NCBI GenBank assembly: GCA_005223125.1
Contig: NJBH01000013.1
Location: 32,239-96,238 of the forward strand
Direction: 5' to 3'
Length of the DNA stretch: 64,000 bases
From: Promethearchaeota archaeon Loki_b32
GTDB taxonomy: Archaea > Asgardarchaeota > Lokiarchaeia > Sigyniarchaeales > SOKP01
The notes below the pieces were generated by a model that worked only from the letters and a program-made list of their open reading frames with translations, ran no database searches and was not told the origin of the DNA. The position numbers and the translations under genes are program-made. Positions 1 through 10,521 of this stretch are shown here, piece by piece (position 1 is the stretch's first letter; every line of letters begins with the position of its first letter).

Positions 1-510
1 AAAATTTTATTTCTCTAGTTATCTAAGCCAATTACTCGCTGGGAAATAACCTTAGGAAAATACTTATATCATATCTTTAGTGCTACTATCGTTCTTGTAA
101 GTGTATTCTTTGCTATAATACTTGGAATTTTTATAATGCCAAACGTGAATCCCACTGATGTTAATTTCGCTGAATTATGGACAGCTTTTTTTATAGTTTT
201 ATTATTTAATTATGCAATTATCAGTACTGCATTTTTCTTTTCGACTTTTAACAACCCTAAGATGGCACTTGTTTTTAGTTTTGGGCTCGTAGTGTTTTTT
301 TATGCTATAGGTCAATTTTGGAATTCTTTTGATGAAAATATGCAAAGTATAAAATACATTAGCATTTTCTACTATTCTGATATGTCGAATCTACTTGTAA
401 ACGGTAATTGGGGAATGGTTCCGTTAAAAATTATCTTTCTCTCAATTTATTCTATAGGATTTACAGTTTTTTCTGTAATTTTATTTAATAAAAGGGACAT
501 TCCTGTCTAA
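1..510 (+). CDS. ABC-2 type transporter permease, C-terminal part (5' end outside window; in-frame TAG at 16-18)
   Basis: Frame 1 reads KILFL*LSKPITRWEITLGKYLYHIFSATIVLVSVFFAIILGIFIMPNV and runs into the 124-aa ORF 136..510. LSKPIxRxEI followed by several hydrophobic helices is the ABC-2 permease pattern. The first ATG (136) lies inside a TM helix, so it is unlikely to be the real start. Confidence 0.55.
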
Positions 511-609
511 ATCCTTAAATTTTTCTTTTTTTTCTTGTTTATAAATTTTCACGGAAAACTTGCTTTAAAGCTTATAGACGATCGGTTGCTTTCAATAAGT
601 ATAAAAATA

Positions 610-669
610 TTAGGGATTTATTGGATCCGTTTTTTTCCTTTTTTCCTTAAAAAAAATTTAAATCCCTAA
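610..669. promoter_or_regulatory. Inverted repeat (11-bp arms TTAGGGATTTA / TAAATCCCTAA, ~38-nt spacer) upstream of ORF 685
   Basis: The arms at 610-620 and 659-669 are perfect reverse complements. The element lies 15 nt upstream of the next ORF. Confidence 0.3.
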
Positions 670-684
670 TTTATTTTAATTATA

Positions 685-954
685 TTGATGAAGAAAGAAA
701 AGAAAGAGATTTTCATCCCAGATAAAGATACATATAAACCATATAGCTTGGGCTGTGCGAAGTATAGGAAATGTCCTGTATGCAGGGGACATCGGGAATA
801 TCCAGACTGCTTTTGGTCTGAGGGTTTATGTGATTATTGTGCGGATTATATCTTTACAGAATCCGAACTTTTTAAGAGATATCTAAGAGCTATTAAAAAG
901 GGTTATATCCAACCTGTTTTGGATGGTCACGCTTATTTCTTTTCCAAGAATTAG
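685..954 (+). CDS. Small Cys/His-rich (zinc-binding?) protein, family unknown
   Basis: 89-aa ORF with TTG at 685 and ATG at 688. It carries CxxC-type clusters (CAKYRKCPVCRGH...CFWSEGLCDYC). It ends in TAG. Confidence 0.5.
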   Translation: MMKKEKKEIFIPDKDTYKPYSLGCAKYRKCPVCRGHREYPDCFWSEGLCDYCADYIFTESELFKRYLRAIKKGYIQPVLDGHAYFFSKN

Positions 955-1114
955 TATTCTAGATAATATAATGATCTTTTTTTTAGAGTTCTAATTAAGA
1001 ATTTAATTGCAAAAATTTATAAATTTATAATAATACAAATATCTTTAATATTATAATTTATAAGATTCTTTTTCAATTCTAAATTATATACTATCTTTAA
1101 CGAGGTTAACTGAA

Positions 1115-2590
1115 ATGACCGATAAATATCGTAAAAAAGTACATTCGCAAGAAATTATTGCTACATTTGATGACGTGTTAGTGCTCCCAGGTTTCACAAA
1201 TTTTAGTCCCAGTGAAGTAGATATTTCTTCAAATTTAGGAAAATACCATTTAAATCTTCCTATAATGTCATCTGCTATGGATACAGTCACAGAAGAATTA
1301 ATGGCAATCAATATGGCTCTACGTGGTGGTTTAGGTGTTATGCATCGCAATTGCTCTTATGAGAGACAGTTAGAAATGGTTAGAATTGTGAAACGCGCCC
1401 GATCTTTTGTAATTGATGATGAACACGTTGCAACTATTGGCCCTAATGCTGGAGTTGCAAAGGCAAAATTCATGATGGAAAACTATAATATTAGCGGCAT
1501 TGTAGTAGTAAATGAAGTTAAGAAAGTTTGTGGTATTTTTACAAAACGAGATATACCTTTTCTTGAGCAAGACATACAAAATGGAACAGTAAAAGATTGT
1601 ATGACCAAAGATGTTATCTCTATCAAACCTGGAGCGTCAAGAGAAGAAGCACTGAAAATTTTATATGAGTCACGCAAGGAAAAGTTACCGATTATCGATA
1701 AAGGAGGTTTTCTAAAGGGACTAATTACAAAGAAAGATTTAGCACCAGAATTTCCGTTAGCTACGAAAGATGAAGAAGGACACTTATTATGTGCTTTAGC
1801 ATTATCCCCAAAATATCCTGAATCCTCACAGGCTCTTAATATGTTAAAAGAAATTGAAAAATATGTTGATATTTTCTTTATTGATGTAGCAGATTTTTAT
1901 AAGAAAGATGATATTGACGGTACTGCAAAATTAATGAGATTTTTAGAATCTGATTTTGTATTAGGAAATATTGGGACGTATCAAGCTGCAGAATACATAA
2001 TTTCGAAATGTGATTTTGTAGAAGAACGGTTTATAGGACTAAAGGTGGGAATGGGTTCTGGATCAATTTGTACAACATCAATCCAAACTGGAGTAGGTGC
2101 TCCAACTTTATTTGCTACTGCACAAGTTGCTGATGCTATACAAGATTATAATCCAAAGTTAGCTTTAATTGCAGATGGGGGTTTTACTAAGCCGGGTGAT
2201 TTACCGAAAGCATTTGCTGTTGGTGCTGATTTAATAATGTCTGGTCATTTCTTTGCGGGTACCGAAGAATCTCCTGGATTTATTGATACTATTGCAGGGA
2301 GAAAAGTAAAAGTTTACCGTGGTATGGGAAGTAAAGAAGCAAGAACATTTGGTTATATCTCAGATCGTTATATAGAAGGTTCCAAAATGTTAACAGAGGG
2401 CGTTTCTAATTATGTGCCTTATGTGGGAGATGTAGATGGGGTTTTAGCTACTCTAAAGGAAGGATTATCAAATGGGATGATTTACGCGGGTGCAAAATCT
2501 ATTAAAGACATGAGGGAGTCTTCATTAGGAATAGTCTCCATCGTAGGCCAACGGGAAACACAACCACATGACCTTATAGGAAAGTTTTAA
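1115..2590 (+). CDS. guaB: IMP dehydrogenase family protein with CBS pair
   Basis: Recognisable IMPDH motifs: RGGLGVMHRN, an internal CBS pair, the catalytic loop VGMGSGSICTTS, IADGGF and YRGMGS. A GAGGT SD lies 8 nt upstream of the ATG. The segment between the CBS pair and the catalytic loop is more divergent than in typical IMPDH. Confidence 0.85.
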   Translation: MTDKYRKKVHSQEIIATFDDVLVLPGFTNFSPSEVDISSNLGKYHLNLPIMSSAMDTVTEELMAINMALRGGLGVMHRNCSYERQLEMVRIVKRARSFVIDDEHVATIGPNAGVAKAKFMMENYNISGIVVVNEVKKVCGIFTKRDIPFLEQDIQNGTVKDCMTKDVISIKPGASREEALKILYESRKEKLPIIDKGGFLKGLITKKDLAPEFPLATKDEEGHLLCALALSPKYPESSQALNMLKEIEKYVDIFFIDVADFYKKDDIDGTAKLMRFLESDFVLGNIGTYQAAEYIISKCDFVEERFIGLKVGMGSGSICTTSIQTGVGAPTLFATAQVADAIQDYNPKLALIADGGFTKPGDLPKAFAVGADLIMSGHFFAGTEESPGFIDTIAGRKVKVYRGMGSKEARTFGYISDRYIEGSKMLTEGVSNYVPYVGDVDGVLATLKEGLSNGMIYAGAKSIKDMRESSLGIVSIVGQRETQPHDLIGKF

Positions 2591-2626
2591 TATTTCCAAA
2601 AAGAAAAAAAAAGATTTTTATTTTAT

Positions 2627-3058
2627 TTATGAGCTAACCATTAGTTGTTTCTTATCAAAATCTTCCGGATCTCCACCTTCTTCAAGGAAATCTACATAAT
2701 TTTTAAGACCTTTTATGACTAAATCAGCAACTTTTTCATAGCCTTTCCTAAGTTTTTTATTTTCAAATTCAGTCCATATTGTTACTTCAGTAAGATCTCC
2801 TTTTGGTTCTACGATATAACCTATTGAATTCATATCGCTGTTTTCCATACGCCAAGTAACATGTTCATTTTCAACACTTTCAGTGTCTACAATTAAAATG
2901 TCTCCTACATCAGATTTTAAAAGAAATTTTTTGCCTTCTTCTTTTTCGATAACATTAGTCAAGACGGGATTCCATCTTGGTGCATTTTGCCCATCCATGA
3001 CTATATCATATAGTTTTTTAGTGGTTGAATTAATTTCTATTTTTTTTTCGACTCTCAT
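2627..3058 (-). CDS. SRPBCC (START/polyketide cyclase-like) family protein
   Basis: 143 aa. The pattern IEINSTTKKLYDIVMD...APRWNP and the length fit the SRPBCC fold. Confidence 0.7.
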   Translation of the reverse strand: MRVEKKIEINSTTKKLYDIVMDGQNAPRWNPVLTNVIEKEEGKKFLLKSDVGDILIVDTESVENEHVTWRMENSDMNSIGYIVEPKGDLTEVTIWTEFENKKLRKGYEKVADLVIKGLKNYVDFLEEGGDPEDFDKKQLMVSS

Positions 3059-3273
3059 ATCAAAATTACCTCATTTGATTTCGGATAAAAATAATGTCAG
3101 AATTACTTTTATACATTTGTGTCGGTATTTAAAAACGGAAGGATGTTTTAAATTTTACAACCTTACTTTATTTCACTTATTAAGGTTCTATTAATTAAAT
3201 TTTAACTATAGTAAACTTTTCTTTGTTACTAACATTTTTATTAAATAAAGAAAATAGCTCAAAATGATTTTTT

Positions 3274-4875
3274 ATGAAAACTATAAAAAGAGCAATTGTT
3301 AGTGTGTTTGATAAGAGTGGAGTTATTCATTTTATTAAAGCATTAGTCAACGAATTTGGAGTTGAAATTTTATCAACAGGAGGGACTGGTAAATTATTAG
3401 AAGAAAATGGGATTAATTATGTTAAAATTTCTGATTATACAGAAACTCCTGAGATGTTTGATGGCAGAGTAAAAACATTACATCCTAAAATTGAAGGAGG
3501 AATACTTTTTCGTAGAGATATCAATAAAGATGTTCTAGACTCACAGAAATATAATATCCCTCCAATAGATATGGTTGTTTGTAATTTGTATCAATTCAAA
3601 GAGGCTATAGCAAAACCAGATACCTCGTTGGAAGAAGCTCTGGAGTTGATCGATATCGGTGGACCTACTATGATACGAGCAGCAGCCAAGAATTTTCCAG
3701 ATGTTACTGTTGTACCAAGTCCAAAGTATTACACCCAAATTCTTGATGAATTAAGGGATTCAGGAGGAATTACTGATAGAACACGAGCCATATTAGCTCA
3801 AGATGTTTTTACTATTATGGCAGATTACAACGCAGCAATTGCTAATTATTTACAAAGAAATTTTAGCCCAGATCTAACAATGGGACAATATTTCATTAAA
3901 GTTTTTGAAAAGGTTCAAGATTGTCGCTATGGTGAAAACTGGGATCAAGCAGCATCTTATTATAGGGATTTATCTTCGATATATGGATTACATAATCTTG
4001 TAAAATTAGGAGGAAAAGAAATCTCATTTAATAATTACTTAGATATTGATTCTTGTATGCAAATTCTTTTAGATTTTGGAAAGGACCATTATACAACGGC
4101 AATTTTAAAACATACAAGTCCTAATGGTGTAGCAATTGATAAAAAGGATCAATTAACATCAGTGAAAAAAGCATTCAGCACAGATCCTTTGTCTGCATTT
4201 GGAGGAATCTGGGGAGTTAATAAAAAATTAACAAAAGATGTAGCGGATTTTATTGTTAATAAGGAAAAAATATTTGTTGAAGTTTTAATGGCACCTTCCT
4301 TTGAAAACGAGGCTCTAGAAATAATAAAACAAAAAAAAAATATGATAATCATTGAATATGGAGATTTCCTTAATAAGAGAAATGATATATACAAGAATCT
4401 TGAAATTAGAAGTGTACTGGGAGGAATTCTTGTTCAAGAGTATGATAGTAAACCTCTTATTAAAGAATGGAATGTAGCAAGTAAGAAAGAAGTAACTGAT
4501 ATCGAAAAAGAGGCGTTAATCTTTGCATATAAAGTTTCTAAATGGGCTAAATCGAATTCAGCATGTTTTGCTCAAACTTATGATGATGGAATCTATACAA
4601 TTGGGATAGGGGCCGGACAACAAAGTAGAGTACATGTAGTTAAATTAGCTATTCAAAAAGCGATTGAGTTTGGTCATGAAGCGGAATTAAAAAATTCTGT
4701 TATGGGAACAGATTCCTACTTTCCATTTCCGGATGGTTTAGAAGTTGCTATTAAAGCTGGAGCGAAAGCTGTTATTAATCCGGGTGGTTCAATAAGGGAT
4801 GAAGCTATAATTAAGCGTGCAAATGAATTAGACTGTGCTCTAGTATTTTGTGGTAAAAGAGTATTCCGTCATTAA
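3274..4875 (+). CDS. purH: Bifunctional AICAR formyltransferase / IMP cyclohydrolase
   Basis: The N-terminal MGS-like domain (RAIVSVFDKSG...STGGTGKLL...GRVKTLHPKIEGGIL) and the C-terminal AICARFT region (GIGAGQQSRV, NPGGSIRD) are both present at full length. Confidence 0.95.
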   Translation: MKTIKRAIVSVFDKSGVIHFIKALVNEFGVEILSTGGTGKLLEENGINYVKISDYTETPEMFDGRVKTLHPKIEGGILFRRDINKDVLDSQKYNIPPIDMVVCNLYQFKEAIAKPDTSLEEALELIDIGGPTMIRAAAKNFPDVTVVPSPKYYTQILDELRDSGGITDRTRAILAQDVFTIMADYNAAIANYLQRNFSPDLTMGQYFIKVFEKVQDCRYGENWDQAASYYRDLSSIYGLHNLVKLGGKEISFNNYLDIDSCMQILLDFGKDHYTTAILKHTSPNGVAIDKKDQLTSVKKAFSTDPLSAFGGIWGVNKKLTKDVADFIVNKEKIFVEVLMAPSFENEALEIIKQKKNMIIIEYGDFLNKRNDIYKNLEIRSVLGGILVQEYDSKPLIKEWNVASKKEVTDIEKEALIFAYKVSKWAKSNSACFAQTYDDGIYTIGIGAGQQSRVHVVKLAIQKAIEFGHEAELKNSVMGTDSYFPFPDGLEVAIKAGAKAVINPGGSIRDEAIIKRANELDCALVFCGKRVFRH

Positions 4876-5079
4876 AAAATCTTTAACTTTATTATAATTT
4901 GGTTTTATACCTTTATGAATTAATCTTTTTGAAAAAATCAGTTTATGGTAAGAAAGGTTTATAAATTTCAAATGATAATTTTATAATACTCAAAAAAATC
5001 AATTTAACTTTTTAAATTAATAATTTTAATGAGGAGAGTATATCTAATCAAATCTTAATAAGGTGGAGCTCTTTTAAAA

Positions 5080-5373
5080 ATGGACTTCTTTCTTAGCAAC
5101 TTAAAAGAAACACTTGAAGCGATAAATAAGTTAATAGATAATAATGTAACTATTGTAAACGCTAAAAGAATTAGAAGATGTAATCATATTAAATCTTCAA
5201 ATCGCTCAAAGATCAATTTCATTTGGAGATCTCTAAGATACCTTGAAGATGAAGGAATATTAACATTAAACGGGATAACTAACCCTAGGACTTATAAGAT
5301 AATAACAAATGAAAAAATTGATGTTGATAAAGTACTTTCTCAAATTGAGAAAAACAAGAAAAATAAGTCTTAG
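5080..5373 (+). CDS. Small basic protein, possible winged-helix
   Basis: 97 aa. A strong SD (AAGGTGGAG) lies upstream. The segment RSLRYLEDEGILTLNG resembles a wHTH recognition helix and wing. The TAG stop overlaps the convergent gene by 4 nt. Confidence 0.5.
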   Translation: MDFFLSNLKETLEAINKLIDNNVTIVNAKRIRRCNHIKSSNRSKINFIWRSLRYLEDEGILTLNGITNPRTYKIITNEKIDVDKVLSQIEKNKKNKS

Positions 5374-8102
5374 ATTAAATCTAACTCTATTAATAACTCA
5401 TTTAATTTGTTTTTTGTTTCCTTATCTTTCGGATTGTTAATCAACCGTTTTTGATAAAAAATTATATTGGGATATTTCAGCTCTAATTTATTAAATAGCT
5501 TTATCCATCTGTTAAAGTTATTGAGTAATTCGTTTACTTCAGGGTCTTCTTCTAAAGACATAATTTCTTCTTTCTCTTCTTTTGAAAGGCTAGTTTTATA
5601 TTTTTTTACACTAATGCCTTGATCATTTAACAACTTCTTATTAGTTCTTCTGATAAATCCTTCCAAACCGCTTCTCCAATGAACATACTTCTCATTAATT
5701 TTATCTATAGTCTCTTGAATAATTTTTATCTCTTGCGGATAAATTGTTTCTTGTTGCTTAGATAATATCTTCTTTATTTTTTGAAATTCTGTTTCAAACT
5801 TCTGAGTGTAATTGTTAACCATTTTCTCAAATTCAAATAACACAGTATTATAATCTTTAGCAAATATTACATCATCACTAGAAAAAGTTAATGTTTCTTC
5901 TTCAAATGAACCTTTTAATCTCCTTTTTTGTATTAAATCCTCAAAAATTTCTCTTAATAAACCAATCTCAGTTTGATTTAATTCCTTGCCATAAAATAAA
6001 TCATAGAAAGAAAATAGAAAACTACTTTCCAACATCTGGTTCCTAATTCCGCTTTCTGTATAAAAGAGAACTTCTCCTGCATTTTGATGAAAAATACCCT
6101 TTACTTTACCGTCAGCTATTAAATCATGAATTAGATCTTCTATTAAACTTGAAGTGATATCATATGTTCCTAAAGAGATATAATCATTAGATTTAGATTT
6201 GTCAATTAGCATAAATTTAATATCATTCTTTGCATCTTCTATTTTTTGCGGGCTAAAAATTAGTAAATCTGCTTTTTTAAAATAAATAAGGCCTAATTCA
6301 TCAATAAATTTCAAAAAAATGTCTAGTTCCATCCCAGTTTTTTCAAGATATTCACTAATCTTTAGTTGATCTTTTTGTTTTATTTCTTCTGCAATTAACT
6401 GTAAATTTTCATCGATTTTTGATAAAATATGATTTCTATCAATATTAAGTTGCTTGGAGATCTCATTAATTTGTTTTAATCTTTCGGTTTCATCTGTAAT
6501 TGAACTTATTTTATCAATTTTATCTTTTAAATACTTTGAGTAATAGAATATATTTTTTTGATTATTCCAAATTCCGCTCCTATAGTCTACAAATTGGTCA
6601 AATACATCTAAGAGTAGAAGTTGTCCTATATTTAATTTATCTGAAATTCTAGATATGTCAAAATAACCGACAATTTTAGAGTTTTGGACTTTATTTGTAA
6701 TTTTTTGTACTCCTAAGTTTGTTAACCACTGTGTACCTTTACGAAACTTAGATAAGTATTCTCTTGGCATATTTTTCACTAATCTTATAAAATCTTCATC
6801 CAATAGAATCTGACGATAAGATTTAAGATCTATAACACTTCCTTTTGCAGCTTCAGAATTAAGTTGATCTTGAATTTTTTTTAATGAGATGTATGTTTCT
6901 TGATCTTTTCGCTTTAAAAAAGTTATTTTCATAGATTTAGAGATACCCTTCATAATTCTATCAATAAAATTTTGAGGAAGGAAGTTATAACTGGTTAACT
7001 CGATAGAACCATTTACTTGTAAATCCTCTATTAATTTTGATTTTATATAGACATAGGGGTAAAAAAATCCAATATCCGAATAATACCCCTCAATTATTTT
7101 TAGATTATTTAGCGTTTTTATAAATAGCTTTAATTCTGAATCATCATCAATAACTTGAGAAAATGTATTATAAATTTTCTTATCTGAGATTTTCTTATCT
7201 TGTTTAAAAAATGTTTTTAGTTTATCTTTTTCTAATTCATAGATATATATTACATTTTCTTTGGTTTTTATATAGAAATAAATCTTCTTTTCCTTAAGAT
7301 TTGATTTAGCAAAGTTCTTTAAGTGCTCTTTGAGATCCACATCTAACTTCTTCCTTATTAGTGAAAAATTGTGTTTTTTCATCAAAAAAAGGTTTTCTAT
7401 TAGGGTTATAACATCTTTACTTTCCAAGTTCTCCAATCCAATTTCATTAAGCAATGGAAAAAACTTCTTTAAAAGTTCTATTAATCTAATGAAAATTTTA
7501 GAGGATTTTTTATCTTCAAATGAGGAAATTAATGATTTTGAAATATCTCTAAAATAAAATAAATGATCAAAATCTAAATCAACACAGGAATCAAGGAAAT
7601 TTAGCAGGGAAATGATATTATCTGTTTTATTTTCTGTTAGAAGACTTTCCAAAATGATTTCTAAATCAGGATTTAATAAATTTGGATTAATTTTAATTAA
7701 TTCTTGTAAAAAGTAATGTACATTATTCCTAACATCTTCAGATTTATCTTTAAGAAACTTTACAAACTCATGAGAATAGCTTTCAACGTATTTTGAATTT
7801 GCAAGCATCGCAAATCCAATGATAATTATTGAATTAATTTTTAACTTTACATCTTCAGATTGAAGAAAATTCTCAATTTTTTGTATTAATCCTTCAGAAA
7901 TAAGTTCGATTCTATTTTCTGCCAAAATTGATAAAATATAGGTAATTGGAACATTATATTTTTTTTCATCCAATAAAAATTTAAATTCATTAATGAGTTT
8001 TGAAATTTTATCAATTTTATTTTTACTTAAAAGCTTGTTTAGTTTATCTACTTTTTCAAGAATTAAGCTATCTTTAAAATCCTCAAGATTAAGCATATTC
8101 AA
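5370..8102 (-). CDS. Large (910 aa) protein: N-terminal HEAT/ARM-like repeats followed by an array of winged-helix-like modules; function unknown
   Basis: Long uninterrupted ORF with typical K/E/I/L-rich coding composition. The N-terminal ~170 aa are helical repeats containing SEDVRNNV-type HEAT turns. They are followed by repeated G-x-[IV]-x-[LI]...F modules. It starts 13 nt downstream of the HAD gene. Confidence 0.8.
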   Translation of the reverse strand: MNMLNLEDFKDSLILEKVDKLNKLLSKNKIDKISKLINEFKFLLDEKKYNVPITYILSILAENRIELISEGLIQKIENFLQSEDVKLKINSIIIIGFAMLANSKYVESYSHEFVKFLKDKSEDVRNNVHYFLQELIKINPNLLNPDLEIILESLLTENKTDNIISLLNFLDSCVDLDFDHLFYFRDISKSLISSFEDKKSSKIFIRLIELLKKFFPLLNEIGLENLESKDVITLIENLFLMKKHNFSLIRKKLDVDLKEHLKNFAKSNLKEKKIYFYIKTKENVIYIYELEKDKLKTFFKQDKKISDKKIYNTFSQVIDDDSELKLFIKTLNNLKIIEGYYSDIGFFYPYVYIKSKLIEDLQVNGSIELTSYNFLPQNFIDRIMKGISKSMKITFLKRKDQETYISLKKIQDQLNSEAAKGSVIDLKSYRQILLDEDFIRLVKNMPREYLSKFRKGTQWLTNLGVQKITNKVQNSKIVGYFDISRISDKLNIGQLLLLDVFDQFVDYRSGIWNNQKNIFYYSKYLKDKIDKISSITDETERLKQINEISKQLNIDRNHILSKIDENLQLIAEEIKQKDQLKISEYLEKTGMELDIFLKFIDELGLIYFKKADLLIFSPQKIEDAKNDIKFMLIDKSKSNDYISLGTYDITSSLIEDLIHDLIADGKVKGIFHQNAGEVLFYTESGIRNQMLESSFLFSFYDLFYGKELNQTEIGLLREIFEDLIQKRRLKGSFEEETLTFSSDDVIFAKDYNTVLFEFEKMVNNYTQKFETEFQKIKKILSKQQETIYPQEIKIIQETIDKINEKYVHWRSGLEGFIRRTNKKLLNDQGISVKKYKTSLSKEEKEEIMSLEEDPEVNELLNNFNRWIKLFNKLELKYPNIIFYQKRLINNPKDKETKNKLNELLIELDLI

Positions 8103-8115
8103 TGTAAAATAGGTT

Positions 8116-8841
8116 TTAATCCAATAAGAATTTTTTGATTTCTTCGATTTCTAAAATATTTTTAATATTTTTAAGCATTATAGTTGGATTAGACTTTTCC
8201 AAACCTTCCCTTGTACCATGTCCTGAAAGTAAAGCAATACTCTTGATTTTTGCATTCTTAGCACATTCAATATCTGCGGGAAGATCACCGATATAGTATA
8301 CTTTATCTTTAATTATTGAATAATTGAAATTTTTCTTAAATTGTTTTAATGCAGTTATAATTGGATATGGATGAGGTTTTCTATATAGAGTATCATCACG
8401 TGAAACAAAGACAGAGAAATACTTATCTAAATTTAATTTCTGTTTAAAAGAATCTAATCTTCTTTTACTAGTGTTAGATACAATCCCTAAGAGAATATTA
8501 TTTTTTTTAAATTTGATCAAAACTTCTTCTAGATTAGGTTTTAAAGTTTCGTACTTTTCATATTTTGGATACATACGCCTAAATTTTATGAAAAATAGAT
8601 TTCTCCTCCAAATACTTGGAATATGTGGTTTATAAACTTTATTTATTCGATTTAAAGCTACCAATCGATTTTTTGAATCTGATTCCTCAAAAAGTCTCGC
8701 ACAATCGATAAGTCTCATATTTTCTGTATTTTGCCAATTATAAAATTTCTTTTTTAAGAAAAATGACGCTGTATATTCAAGAGCCTTTTGAGTAATAATA
8801 ACACCATCAAAATCAAATAAAACTATTGGTGGGTAAGACAT
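8116..8841 (-). CDS. HAD-superfamily hydrolase (phosphatase)
   Basis: HAD motifs are present: motif I VLFDFDGVI, motif II VSNTS, and motif IV YIGDLPADIECA. Confidence 0.85.
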   Translation of the reverse strand: MSYPPIVLFDFDGVIITQKALEYTASFFLKKKFYNWQNTENMRLIDCARLFEESDSKNRLVALNRINKVYKPHIPSIWRRNLFFIKFRRMYPKYEKYETLKPNLEEVLIKFKKNNILLGIVSNTSKRRLDSFKQKLNLDKYFSVFVSRDDTLYRKPHPYPIITALKQFKKNFNYSIIKDKVYYIGDLPADIECAKNAKIKSIALLSGHGTREGLEKSNPTIMLKNIKNILEIEEIKKFLLD

Positions 8842-8944
8842 AAGTGTATTTTAAAGTGCTAATTAACACTTAAATTTATCTAAATTTGTTTTACTTTTAA
8901 AAGAATTAAAATTTAAAAAAAAAGTAAAGATTATACTTAAAATT

Positions 8945-9628
8945 CTACGAATCTATTTCATCTGGTTCTACTGACACGTGAGAAAGTAACCAATCAAGTT
9001 GCTTTTCCCTTTTGTTGATATTAAGAACTGTGGGTAAGATCATGACCTCATCGGCTTTACCAGGCATAATTGTAAATTTACCGGCCCTTAACATGAAGAA
9101 CTCAAAAACATCAGGAATTTCTTTTTTGAATCGTAAGCTTTTTACTGGGAATCGTTCAGCCGAGCTAAATATACCCTTTTTATGAATAATTTCGTTCCTT
9201 TCAATTTTGTAGTATTCGAATCTCGTGCTAATAATGACAATTCCGAGGATAAAAAGTAATATTACCGTCATAACCATATAGAATTGCCATGTTAAAGTTA
9301 AATCTGTTTCCAATCCAGTAAGAGATAACGAGAAACGTGGTAAAACCATGAAAACAAGAATAAAAACGAGAACAACAATAGCTAAAATTAGTACAAAAAA
9401 CATAGTTAAGGAGAAATCAAAAGCAGTTACGAATATATTTACAAAAAACACTATAAACCACACATAACCTAACACAGTATATAGATCAGAATCAGGAACA
9501 AGATTAGTAAACGCTTGAATCAACCATAAAACAAAACTCGTGATGAGCAAGGGCCAAAAGAAAATCACTTTTGGATAAGATCTTATGAAGATCTCAGTAG
9601 GGTGTTTCGCAGGTTTTTTATCAGACAT
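8945..9628 (-). CDS. Membrane protein with C-terminal bacterial-PH (bPH/YdbT-like) domain
   Basis: Four predicted TM helices are followed by YYKIERNEIIHKKGIFSSAERFPVKSLRFKKEIPDVFEFFMLRAG, a bPH-like pattern. It is a paralogue of 9844..10521. Confidence 0.7.
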   Translation of the reverse strand: MSDKKPAKHPTEIFIRSYPKVIFFWPLLITSFVLWLIQAFTNLVPDSDLYTVLGYVWFIVFFVNIFVTAFDFSLTMFFVLILAIVVLVFILVFMVLPRFSLSLTGLETDLTLTWQFYMVMTVILLFILGIVIISTRFEYYKIERNEIIHKKGIFSSAERFPVKSLRFKKEIPDVFEFFMLRAGKFTIMPGKADEVMILPTVLNINKREKQLDWLLSHVSVEPDEIDS

Positions 9629-9843
9629 ATTATATTTTCACTAAATTTTTTTTTTTTTAATTATTTAATGAGGATTATAAAAATAATAGATAGGTGTGTT
9701 ATTTAAATATTAGTATCTTTTAGAGTTTATTTAAAAGTCAATTGAACTGATTTTAATCTTTATTCAATCTCCATTATATTCTAAAAAATTGTTTGAAAAA
9801 TCATGATGCTTTCCATTAATACTCGCTGTTTTTTATGCTATTA

Positions 9844-10521
9844 TTAGCTTTCCATTATAACATGCAAACTACTTAAGAGAAAATCGATACGTTCTACTTT
9901 TTTATTCACGTTAAGAACAGTATTTAAATGTACCACGGTCCCTTTAGCTAATATTAGAGTTAAAGATCCTGCCCTGAACATTAAATACTCAAATAAATCG
10001 GGAATCTCTTTTTTAATACGTAAACCTCTTACTGGAAATCGCTCAATCTGTGTAGAAAACATTCCTTTTTTATGAATAACTTCGTTTCTCTCGATGCGAT
10101 AATAATCAAATCTTGAAGTAAGAACAACCAAACCTAAGATTAAACCTAAAATTATTGTCATTATCAAATAGAATTCAGCAGGTAATCCAAGGTTTATATT
10201 TTTACCAATAATTTCTGCCTCTTCTAAAGTGGGAAATAATCCAAGAAATATTAGAAGTAAAACGACAATAAGAGTTCCTAAAATAATAATTAGGAATTTA
10301 GTAGAAGGGAAATCTAAGGCTGATACAAAAAAATTTGAGAAAAATATAATCAACCAAATTACTCCTAACCATGGATTTAGTTCTGGTAAAAATACCTGAA
10401 TTATCCAAAAAATTATCGAGATTGCGAATAAAGGTGTAAAAAATATCCCTTTTGGAAAAGATCTTAATACAATATCATCCTTTTCTAAGTAAGTGTTCTT
10501 ACTTTCTTCTTGTTCTCCCAT
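9844..10521 (-). CDS. Membrane protein with bPH-like domain (tandem paralogue)
   Basis: Same architecture and a near-identical core (YYRIERNEVIHKKGMFSTQIERFPVRGLRIKKEIPDLFEYLMFRAG). The ORF track begins at TTG 10569. ATG 10521 (MGEQEESK) is my preferred start. Confidence 0.7.
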   Translation of the reverse strand: MGEQEESKNTYLEKDDIVLRSFPKGIFFTPLFAISIIFWIIQVFLPELNPWLGVIWLIIFFSNFFVSALDFPSTKFLIIILGTLIVVLLLIFLGLFPTLEEAEIIGKNINLGLPAEFYLIMTIILGLILGLVVLTSRFDYYRIERNEVIHKKGMFSTQIERFPVRGLRIKKEIPDLFEYLMFRAGSLTLILAKGTVVHLNTVLNVNKKVERIDFLLSSLHVIMES

